Shown: in pieces, positions 31,141 through 42,700 of the stretch
Numbering within the stretch: position 1 is the first letter of the stretch
Layout of the letters: every line of letters starts with the position of its first letter
Translations under genes and position numbers: made by a program
From: Laetmonice hystrix
Lineage: Eukaryota
Length of the DNA: 64,000 bases
Direction of reading: 5' to 3'
NCBI GenBank assembly: GCA_965235115.1
Contig: OZ249436.1
Span: 48,362,001 to 48,426,000, forward strand
The notes under the pieces: generated by a model
What the model was told of the DNA's origin: nothing
What the model saw: only the letters and a program-made list of their open reading frames with translations
Database searches by the model: none

Positions 31141-31690
31141 CGTAATGTTGGCCTCCCCCGACCCGCCAGGCTACCGTCCGCTCATCGAACTCGATCACAG
31201 TTCCGAAAGGTGGTAAAGCAGAGACGCGTTCAGTAAGGCGAACGGGGGCGTGACGTTCTGCGCGAGGGTTTTGGTACCGTCAGAGAGTAGATCTATCTAC
31301 CTGTAACTCTCTGACAGGCTCCCAGACCTGTCAAGTCTCACGCATTTGCACCCAGGGCCTAGCCTATAGTATAGTATTGGCTATACTCCCGAACGGAGGG
31401 GGGGGGGGGGGGATTCTCACGCATTTTGAGAAAATTGGGTAACAGCAAATGAACTTTATTAGCCTATGTATGATAGGCTATGTCAGTAGGCCTATTTAGG
31501 CCTAATCTCGGTGGGACTTCCCTTAAATTAGGCTTAATTGAGTCTGAGAGGATTCTTTCCAGCCCCCCCCCCCCCCCACACGTTGATAATAATGAACGTT
31601 CTGGATAGCCTAATTCACATTTTTCATTTTTTCTCTGCTGAACACAGAAACGCACGTAGACGTTTGAAAAACAATTAAAAAAAATGTTAA

Positions 31691-32781
31691 GGGGCAGACC
31701 ATTTAATAGCTGGGGGGGGGGGGTATGGTTTTTTCGTAAAAAAAAAGTTTGTTTGCCAAATTGACCCAAAAAAATAGTTTGCTCCCAAATGTGTGTGAAA
31801 AAAATCATTTGTTTAGCAATGTGAGTGAAAAAAATAGATTGTTGACAGGCAGCAGATTTATAAAAAAAAATCTGCCCGAAATTGCTAAAAAAATAAAAGA
31901 AGACCAAAAATTCTCCTCGCTCCGCTCGGTCAACAGTGTTAGTTAGGCATACTCTGTACAATACTGAGTAAAACATGTCAATATGACATGCACTTGAATA
32001 CTAGTATGTATAACTTGTATGGTTTATGTAGATATTCGCTTGCACTACAAGACATTTGAAAGCCCACAAATATGTGAAGACAATTAAAACTTCCAATTTG
32101 TTTCATAGTCTATTATAAAAGTACTGCATGGTTCAAAGCTGAGTACAGTACAATCATACATTCCTAAGACTGTGTTAGAGCCGTTATATCTAGGAACTGT
32201 AGATTTTCTTCAACCTCTGTCATAGGCACCAGAAACGGGGGGCAGGGGGCGCCTGTTGCCTGGCTGGGGGGAAGCATATAGTTTTGCCCCCCCCCCCCTC
32301 CCCCAGCTCCAAGGTGGCAGGAGATGGTCAGACCCTCAGCGGGCCTAGATTTTGTTCCCATATGCCAGGAAAACGTGCATTTGGCACATTAATTTTCAAA
32401 TTTTTCGGGGGGAGGGCCCCCAGACCCCCCCCCCCCCGCTCGAGGCTTCCCGCCTTCGACGTTTTTACCACCAGCATTTCAAAACTTGGTACTTGGAACC
32501 TATGATTTGGTCTGCCCCCCCCCCCCCCGCCAACCTGTGAATATCTTCCGGCGCCTATGTCTGTGGAACAGGAATTTACGGGATAACATAGATTTCTCTA
32601 ATGGTTGCTGCAGAATTATGTCCCGGAAAAAAAAAGTTTGTCTCTGCCACCTCGGGAAAAAAAATTGTTTGCTTTTGATCAGGGAGGGAAAAAAATGTTT
32701 GTTTTTTGTTGAAAGTAAAAAAAAAAGTTTGGTCAGAAAGAAAAACCATACCCTCCCCCCAGCTATTAAATGGTCTGCCCC
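31691..32781. mobile_element. PIF/Harbinger-type non-autonomous element, TAA TSD
   Basis: TIR GGGGCAGACCATTTAATAGCTGGGGGG / CCCCCCAGCTATTAAATGGTCTGCCCC, with TAA on both sides. Confidence 0.88.
32221..32559. mobile_element. Nested hAT-like MITE with 5-bp TSD
   Basis: TIR CATAGGCACCAGAA / TTCCGGCGCCTATG; TCTGT at 32216-32220 and 32560-32564. Confidence 0.78.
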
Positions 32782-32879
32782 TAAGGTGTATTACGTATAC
32801 GTAGGCTATATGAGACAGTAAAATCTCCAGCATTGAACTCCAATCTTCAGCAAAAAAAGTTGGTGAACTTCTCCAGCCT

Positions 32880-33054
32880 CAGTGGCGGATCCAAGGGGGG
32901 CCTAAGGGGACTCGATCCAGCCCCCCTAAATTCTGGACGTTATTTTTTTATTATCCAACTATGATCATATTTATCATATATTTTAGGCCTAATAATAATA
33001 TGTTTTTGCCCGATGGTTAGCTCCCCTAAAAAAAAATTCCTGGATCCGCCCATA
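32880..33054. mobile_element. Degenerate hAT-like MITE
   Basis: CAGTGGCGGATCCA...TGGATCCGCCC ends; no clear TSD. Confidence 0.5.
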
Positions 33055-33748
33055 ATATTAATTATTTATGGCCTCGCTTGAGTCTGCTCCCCTCAGGCCT
33101 GGAAGTCATTTTTAATTTCAGAAGGCCAAATTTGGCAAATAGCGATATTTCCGGGCTTCTGGACTTATTGTAGGCCTAGAGTCTAAAAACCGATTCTTCG
33201 TTTCGCCGCGAGTCACCTTCAGGACCCGTTCGCCTGTGTGACGAAACGTTTCCGGCGAACGTATCGTTCATAATCGTTTTGTTTATTGAACATGCCTCCG
33301 GATTTCACTCATACTCACCAGGTGGCGCCAGACCAGGCAGCGCGATTTCGCGCGAGTGTGCCACCTGGCGGAGTGAGCCGATAGTTGCGTGCCTCTACTG
33401 ACTGGACGGCTTTGGTAACAGTCAAGATTTCTGCGCAGTAAAATTCCCACAGAGGTTCGAGAGTCTGTGGAAATTACCCATTATCTGTCCTAACCATTCG
33501 GAACTCTTCGTCTGACGGTCAGCTGAATACTGTCCTAACATAGCGCAAGCGGACACGTCTGATACTAGGCAGGGGACCAGTCCGTCTTTCTCGTTGTGGA
33601 ACGAGTTTGTGGACTTTCTCCTGAGCATGCGCACTTACAGATATTGCGTGGTCGTCTCGAAGCGGACTAACCAGGACCTCCGTCTCGGGAGTGAAAACAT
33701 CGCAATTATTTGAAAAGATTGGCAATATTGCCAAACATCGTCGTTAAA

Positions 33749-36073
33749 ATGACTCGTGAGTACATGTAATATGTTAGGCAAGTAATTAGTCTATGTAAAT
33801 GTCATTAATTCTTCAGTGATTGCAACGAGAAAGTAAATAGTTTGACCATGTTGACTGGGCACCCTGCCTTGGGCTTGGCCTAGGACTAGGCCTAGTACTA
33901 GTAGTAGTAGTAGTAGGAGTAGGACGGGGTCGTAGATTTGGGCCTAGCCCTTGCCTTGGCTTTGCCCTGGCCTGCTTGGCTTGGGTCTTGCAAGCCGAAA
34001 CTTCGTAAACTTAAACTTAAAACTAGGCTACAGTAGAGAACTTCTAAGAGTGTCTCCCTCCGCTACTTGCGGAAACTTCACAGTTTAGTTGGACTGTTGC
34101 ACTTATGCTCATAAATTATTTATAGTTGTTTATTATTTTCTATTTTTAGACTAGACTACTACTAGTACTAATTTAGTAGATAATTTATTTTAATGAAAAA
34201 ATATCTCAGAGATACATTTCCATGTTTGTAACCTTACTATGCCAATAATCTTGAGTGATTGAGTTGAAATGTCATTACTTTAGCCACATCTAGATCTACC
34301 AACCGAAATTATGGCCCAGGGGCGAGCGGAGTTTTATCTATATTCGTAGCTTAGCTACTACGGCTTTGGTTCAGCTTTCCATAGTCAGTCGGGTGTCGGA
34401 CTGTCCTCCAACTCAGGCCAAAGAATAAGTACAAATCGATCGAGTTACCGGGAGTGACAGGTCATTTTGTAACGCCTATTGTCTTATGACAACCATGGTG
34501 ATATTGTCGCGTCACAGTAGACTTTGGAAAAAGCATGTGTTGATACTGTGACGTCACAATGGAAAGTCAATAGATCGGGTTCTAAATCTATACAGTCTGG
34601 CAGGCTGCGTTTTCCACCATTTTCACTTCAGTTAAGCGGCCGTAAGTGGCAGTGATTGGCCGTTACTTTTCTGACAGGCGATTTCACATGAATAGTAGGT
34701 AGAATCAAACAGAAAAGTCGCTAAATATTTGGAATCTGTTTATAGAAGTGGCAGATAAGGAAGCGTTTTGTAGATGCCCATGTGTTCGGGCAATTTGAAT
34801 TTTAATGCAGTGCAATTTAAGCCAATCAGATTGCTCCGATTTTGCCGGCTCCGTTATGCCGGCAAAACCTCCATGGATTTCCATGTCCGGTTGATGCACC
34901 GTATGCGGTTCCTTGGGTATAAAGCGAGCCGCTGCGCTCGCTATCAATAAATTAATAAAGACAAGGCAACTGATATATGTGAAATAAGCACTTTTTCATA
35001 CAACATGGAACATTTTATGTGTAGGTTTAGCGCTCTGATGGCAATAATTTCTTTGCCTTTCTGGGAATTTATATATTTGCCAGTGTGGCAAAAATATGGT
35101 ATTTTTTGCAATATTTTCTTTCACCGTTTTGCTCTGTTTTTCACCAATGTGAACGGCTAGCAGAAGCCCAAACAGTGTTTTGTTTTGTCTGGTTTGAGAC
35201 AAAGTCAAAGAGGAAGAGTTACCGTACGTAGAATATTCATTTTTATTGGATTTGTCTGTAATTCAGGTGGAAACCAGCGTGAGTTGGCCCGCAAAAAGAA
35301 TATGAAGAAGCAAGCAGATACACAAAAGAAGAAAAAGACTGAGGAAGGCAATGGAGGTGCTCGGCTTCAAAACCGACAGGAGAGGTAAATTAACTACAAT
35401 CTGGTATTCAATCTCTACCAGTGTTTTGAACTAATAGGAGATAGCTTTCTGTTCACAGTGACACTGCCAAAAATTGCCTTATGTCCAGAAAAAGTGTTAT
35501 TAAAGCATATTGCCCTCTGAGCGACCACATCCAAACCGTGTGCCATTGTCCAGTTACAACAGTGCACTAAAGTGAATATGGCGTGATGGTGCAAGGTCTT
35601 GACAGTATTACAACATAACATTATCTTGACCTTGAGTTGTAAGAAAGTATTCACTAAATGTTGCATCCTTTTTGCCACTGCATCATTCCATGAAATGTTT
35701 CAATAGCCCTCGATTTTGTCACTGTACAGCCAGATAAAATGTATATGTGAATCTGTAAGCAAATTGCATAACCAGGATTCCCTGTGAGGATTTCACCTCT
35801 GGGGGTATAAGGATTATGAAGGGCTAGACTAGGCTTAAAATACAAAAAAGTATATAAAAATGTTAGAAAACTTTCATGAGGGGGTGTGACTTTTACTTTT
35901 AGGGGTCTGTCCTGAAAAGGCAGGCCCACGAGAAACTCAGGTAACTGATAATCGTCATCAGCCCCAAATTTGTAATAATAATTTTTTTTTGCAGGGATGC
36001 TGACATAATGCGACAAAAACAAGCAAAAGCTCAAGCTGATCAGAAACCTGGAGGCGCCACAGGAGGCAAATAA
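33749..36073 (+). CDS. SERF: Small EDRK-rich factor (4F5/SERF family), 3 exons
   Basis: Exons 33749-33755 (ATGACTC|gtgag), 35267-35384 and 35995-36073 give MTRGNQRELARKKNMKKQADTQKKKKTEEGNGGARLQNRQERDADIMRQKQAKAQADQKPGGATGGK*. The MTRGNQRELAR and RDADIMRQKQ motifs are family hallmarks. Confidence 0.95.
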
Positions 36074-38407
36074 AACATGGACGAAGGCTGACTTGGAGAG
36101 GCAGCACTACCCTGAACTTGATTGTGAGAAAACAGGCAACCAGACTGTGAGAAAACCAGACAGGCAACCAGACAGTTACTTGGTGGGTTGCCTACGCTGC
36201 ACCTCCAAATCATGCTGGTAATGGAATTGGGAGAACAAGGCACATGTAATCAATGGCCCGTAATCAATGGATAATAGCCATGGCGATGGGATAAAACAAA
36301 AGACGATTTGCTGCTAGAACTCACACACATACGTATTGTGCATCATTATTCATAACATAAGTGACCAGCATTTTTGATTGATTTATCCACAGAAGACACA
36401 AACACGAGCAGGATTTTACTTTGCTTAGGCTTCATTAACCATGTGTAAAGTTTCCTATTGAGGAGAGATGAGGCTTGACTTTCAACTACTCAAACGAACA
36501 ATTAACACCAACATTAGCAGTTGGATAACTAGCCTGAGATCTGTTGAGATTTTAGTGCAGCATTTTAGGGACACTACATACTTGTCACCATGCCGTGTCC
36601 TTCTGTGTACAAGTAGTACAAGTAGGATACTTTGGTGCCTGTGAGCCCTAACAGAATTCTGATTCTTAATACATGGTTGCTCCCGCTAAGACAACTATTG
36701 TATCAACTAAGAATGGTAAGAATAGGAACGACTGTTATCAACCAAGAATCAGAATCATAAGTCATGGTATAATCAGAATTATGGATTAACTCCTAAAATG
36801 TTTAGTGCTGCTTAAAGGAGACCAATTTGTATCTCATTACAGCTGGCTATAAGCATCTGAGTTCATTTAAAATGTGTTTTCAAAGTTATGTGGGTTGTTT
36901 GGGACATTTAACATACACTATCATCAAGGGGGCCTCCGACTCACAGCCACCCTTCATATTTATTGTTGGGACATTTGTTTCCTAATCATGTTCAGTATTT
37001 AGGACATCAGACTAATTGCATGCTCAACCTGAACGCATTGATCCAGTACTTAAACCAAGGGTGCACTGGTTGCCTATGCTTACACTGACACGGAAGTTAG
37101 TCCTAAACGATAGTTAGAGGTAAAGGAAACTGCAGTGCATAGCAGAGAAATCGATCCACACTGTAGTTTTATTAGTTATCCTCCTTTATTTCTGCCACAT
37201 CATCTCTTGTCATTATTCTATGAAATAAAGAGTTCATATTAAAACACTTGAATTTCCTTTCATGAATTATACTGGTCAGGCATGTGCAGTGGTTCAATTT
37301 CTTTAGCCATTGCAAGTACCGGGGGATACTAAAATGACCTAGTCTATTGACCCGAGTGTTACAGAATTGAACACAACCGTATATCAGAATTTAGGTACAT
37401 GAAAAATTATGACATGACAGATATTACTATATCTTCAGTCTATGTGCCAGTGCCATACGGTCGTCCGTACGGCGTGCATGTTCCTTAAGAACTGATTTGA
37501 TTGTGTTATAGGGTGACGCGATGTCGACTATGAAAGCAGAGGAATATGTATTATAAATTACATGATCTACATACCCAACAAATGCCAACAAACTTCCACG
37601 CCTAGACGGCTTCCCACTAAATTCTTGATCATTACCTTTGTCTTTGACCTGTTGACAACTTTAATGACAGCATGAGGAAAAAGAGTTTGAGTTAGAATGA
37701 CCCAGGCCCAATGATGGACTAGTTCCTGCTGGACCATGAATAAACCTTCCCTGTGTTGTCAACCTGGGGAACCCAAAAACGCTGCAACCTAAAAAATGCT
37801 GTCATTTCTTTTTAATCAAAGAGATCATTTATACAGAAATAAGATATGAAAAGTCATATTAGGATGGAAAATACTGAAATCCGATACGTATTTTCAGTAA
37901 TTCCGGAGATTAAATGGTTATTTGCTGTTAATTTTTGTTTAATGGTGTTAGTTTTCCTGTGTTGATTCGGCTCCTTCACTGTGGGAAAGTATAGGACTCG
38001 CTGCCTGGCGCATGAATACGGCACGACACTGAAAGTGGAGTGCCCCATTCATGTGCCAGGCATCTTGTTCCATACTTTTACGCCGTGAAGGACCCTGTTG
38101 CACAATGAAAATCACCAATACACTATAAAACAGAGAAGGTAGTATGTTAGATATGAGGAAGATGTGGGGAAGTGATAGAGCCTCCGGATTGCACCAAATG
38201 ACCCCCTTTTTCAGAGATTTTTGGGAAGGATCCCCAGACCCCCCCCCCCCCCCCCCCCAGCAGGAAACTAACCATTGTTGTAATGAATATTTCATGAACA
38301 CTGCACCGGGTAAATCATGTACGTTTTATTTTTAAACATCCTTGTGTTACATGGGTTCACAAATTTAAAAAATAAATAATAAAACCGCACCACAGCACAA
38401 CTTTTAA

Positions 38408-38747
38408 AGGTGCTATTCGTGAACAAAAATTCAATTTTTTTATTTTTAATTTTGTTGACGTTTATGTGATCCCACCTATCATGGAAATAGATTCACAATA
38501 AAGGAAACCAAAATTTTTCATGGATAACGGCACAAATGGGGCTCTCTCAGAAGGCCTGTGGAGACCCTGACGCGCCCCGCCATAGGAAATGGCTCTATCT
38601 CGGTGCGCACCGAGATAGGTTTCAAATGCTGCACACAAACTAATAGAAGGTTTATCAGGCCAATGGTATCGGTAGGAATTTTTTCTAGTACTATGTGCAC
38701 AATGTATGATAGGAGAAATGCCATTCTGTGCGAGACGAATAGCACCT
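38408..38747. mobile_element. Kolobok-like MITE, TTAA TSD
   Basis: Perfect 13-bp TIR AGGTGCTATTCGT / ACGAATAGCACCT flanked by TTAA on both sides. Confidence 0.8.
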
Positions 38748-39762
38748 TTAAAATGTTCATACCAGAAATCGAGAATTTTTTTTTTTGCCTTAGAATACTT
38801 TTGTTTTAATGTCTGAGAAGGATATTCAAAGAAAATATAATGTACCATTTCACACATATCGTTTTTTGTACACACATACATCTAAAAATAACTTTTTTAT
38901 TATTTTTAATTACCAGGTATACTAGGCCTATAATAACCTAACCCAGCTAAATTTGACTCTGTGACTTTTCTGCTTGCTTCACCGATTGGACAAGCTTTCA
39001 ATATTCACTGACATTTCCCAAATTTCAAAACTCCCTGAGTTTTTAAAAACATTCCCTGACCTTGAGAATCCCCCCCCCGACTTTACTCTGGCCCGTATAA
39101 CTGTACATGTATTTTTCTTTTGAAAGGCACGGGCATCAGGGGTAACCCAATTACTTTGACAATGTCCCTAAAGAGAAAAGTTGTATAGTGTAACCTGCAG
39201 TTGTGAAAATGAAAATAATTACTTTGGTTTCGGTACCAGACAAGCAGTCCTTTATTTTAATGGCAGGATAAACAAATGATATCCAGATCATGGATCCACT
39301 ACAGTATTTCCTAGAACTGTACTAGTAATGCATGCACTCTTAAAAAGTTTCTTAAGAAAGTCAATATACTGCTCTTTCTCTATTTAAAACAAAATATGGG
39401 CAGGCGCCGAAGGCCTAATTTCCTGGGAAATATAAAGGGGGTTGTCAGTTTTGCCGCGTGTGTGTGTGTGTGTGGGGGGGGGGGGGGCACGTGCCTCCAA
39501 TGCCCCTTATTGGATCCCCCACTATCGCACATGTTTGAAATGGTACACCAAGAAAAAAAGAGGACTATTATTGACATTTACTATAATAAGAGTATGGGCG
39601 ACATATTCCAACCAGGCTTAGTACTACAGGAGTTCCAACTATTTTAGGTTGACAGTGCCATCCAGACACTATCCTATCAGTGAACACATAACTGCTTTCC
39701 TCTAGCTTCAAGAGCGAGATCCATTTTGGTATAGCGTGTATGTAAGCACTGAGACTCGGCAG

Positions 39763-42700
39763 CTATCTGTCTGTGTTTTGGGAATCTTTGGTTTCAGGGA
39801 CAGCATTATTTGTAGATGCGGACTCTTTGTTGCATGCCCCTCTGGGATTCCCTCTTGTGTCCCCTCTTCGGCCTTGTTTTAGCCCCTGGTAGTAGCCTGT
39901 ATGGTAGCCACTCATATACCATGATATTAGCATGCTGTATAGGGCTTCCTTGTCATCCCCTATGTCCTCATCTGTGATGGGTGGAGGTGGTGGTATTGAC
40001 GGCAGATTCTGCAATATCATGTACCAATCAGAGGACAAGGCAAATATCTTCAGCATGAATTGAAAGAGTTTTAACAAAGACTACTTTATTTGTTGGAAGC
40101 AAAAGAATTCGTTAAACTTATGGCAAAAGACAAAATTGGAAAATATTGTTAAAAGCTTCAAAGTTCAGGGTCATTTTCTGCATACAAATTATGACAGTTC
40201 CATTCATTTTTAAAAAAAATTTTCCATTGCATCCTGCGATGCCGTTAAACCTGTGGCCTTTATACAAACATATTTCTAAACCGCACAACTCTACTTGGTA
40301 TGAAAAAGTACTACATAGAATGTTGGGAAAAACGGGAAGAAATCCTAATGTTTGCACCCAAAAAAAACAAAAACAAAAACTTTCACACTTACTGGTGCAC
40401 CATGAAAGCCTGGAAATGCTGGCATTGGTGGATATAAGGGCTGAAACGACAAGGAGTTAAAATTTATTCACTGCTTTCTAGTGGCAATTTGAGGAAAGTC
40501 GACAGCATTTCCACCCTATTGAGTTGGCAACAAAACTTCCAACTTTTGGTGCCATTGAGAATAGAAAATTATCTCATCAAGTAAGGTAATACTGGGGGAC
40601 TACATGTGGCTACATAGGCACATGAGATCCTTATGTCAAGCTACAGAAGTGATGCCGTATTTGATATGTTACAATGAGGCATATTGTATCAATAACAAAG
40701 TCTGGGCAAACTTATTTCCAATGATTTTCTATTATGTACAGAGTATTTATTTTCCACACACAATGAGAACCATTATGTTTTGAGAAATGAGTTGTATTTG
40801 TTCCCAAGAATCGTTTTTGGAAATTAAAACTGATTTCCTACACTACTACTTTCTGACAATATTGGTCGTCAGACTTCAGATTAGTACGTGCTCCTAATAG
40901 TGATTTCAAGGTTTATGTCAACATCTTGCTCATACTTATCCTTTACAAGAGAAAATTTGTACTTAATTTCCCACAAATTCCTTTTTTTGAGTTGGGGGTT
41001 TCCACCGAGTTACTCGGGCTTACAAAAAGGTAAACCCCGAGTATTGACTTCAGTTAGAGATGTGTTTTCATTCAGAGACAAATGATCTTAGCATTATCTG
41101 ATAACATGGCACCAACTCACAGGCATTGATGGAAAGGCCCCCATCTGACTTGGGAATGGCGGGATGGTTGGTGTTGAAGGTGCTCGCCATGGCCAAGTTG
41201 GAGGAGGAGGAGGTGGATTGCGAGTCTGTGCCCGACGAAAACTACCAGCTGCAGAGGGGGGCCTCGACTCATCACTCTGCAACAGGTCAGAGAATATACA
41301 AGGTAGGTAAATATGCAATCTACACTATATAAATATACAGAGGGCACATACTTTTAGTCAGGTCAGATTGGACACTTTGATTATTGCAGGCCGAGGATTG
41401 GCAGTGGGGCAACATATTTATAGTCTGGCTGATTACTCTGTCGCATTTAACTCATTAACTTATGCCACTAAAATAGGAGTACTGTTCAAGGTGCCATCAT
41501 CAAGATTTAACTGGCTCTGAGCTAGCAAAGCTAGAACCAAGCTCCAAGACAGAACCCCCCTGTTCCATTATGAACCTTACCTCAGAAAAACTGAAGTCAG
41601 TTGCCTTGTCCGGGTTTATGGGAAGTAATTGGGCCAGAGGCTGTTCTTCTTCATTGCCATAGCCACAGTAATGTACAACACAAACTTTACGATGTGTATC
41701 AATTAACTTGATGACAGCATCATAGACACCTCCATCGCCACTGTACACTGCCTGGCACAACTCGCCCACCTTCCACTTCAGAAAGATCCAAACATGTTAG
41801 ACATTAGCATACTTGTTTCTGATATCTATCTTGCATGTTACATCAATTTATTTATTCCCTCAGTTCCATACCTCCAAATTTCTTTTTTAATATGTTGACC
41901 TCCATAACAGGATGAATAATGCCTTGAGACAAAAAATTATCTTTTTTTGCTACGACACATATTGACTGATATATTAACTGAATTGGATCCAACATTTATT
42001 TCTATAGACACCAACACATTCTTTTCTATTATTTTGTGATTTGAATATATTTGTAATGCAGAGAAATACTTTAAAGCCCTCATACATTTCAGAACACTTA
42101 GCCATGCCATACCTGTATTTTCATATTTTGGTTTTTCTTATTTTTCTTACGCCTCTTATTTCCTTTCGGTTTTGGTTTCCTTTTCCTGGATTCACCTTGG
42201 TCTTCACTGCTGGCAACGGCAACTTTCTCCCCTGCTGTCTCTCCATATCCATCATTTGGTAAAGCTGTAGCATCATTTGCCCCGATCTGGCTCTGTCAAC
42301 ATCCAATACACCATGACCAACACGTGAGCTACTTGGGTAACACATTTAACACATAATGTAAACTCCTTTTAAAATCAGGGTGTGATCAGGTGAAGGAAAA
42401 AAAGGCTGAACTTTTGTGGTGCAATTTGGGGTGGGTGTGGGAGGGGTGTCTCCCCCTTCCCCCCAGTGAAAAATATGACAATTACATGTTTAAAACGGTG
42501 CAATCTGATGCATTTTGGAGGTTTTATTTATGTTAATACTGAAATGTTATTACAACCATTCGCTGGCGAGTTTCGATCAATTTGGACAAGTTCTACCCCC
42601 ACCCCCTTACATATGAATTATAAGATAGCTACGGATTTGCACCGATCACAGAGGGTTTTTGATAGAAAATATCAGAGGCCTGTAAAATTCATTGAGGGTT

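Noticed and set aside
31464..31976. 170-aa minus-strand ORF
   Set aside because: Spans a MITE end and poly-G/T runs; no protein-like features.
33756..35994. Intronic snoRNA or tRNA in SERF introns
   Set aside because: No convincing C/D boxes with a terminal stem, H/ACA structure or cloverleaf by eye; an Infernal/tRNAscan run would be needed.
38462..38881. 139-aa ORF
   Set aside because: Crosses the boundaries of the Kolobok-like MITE; no recognisable domain.
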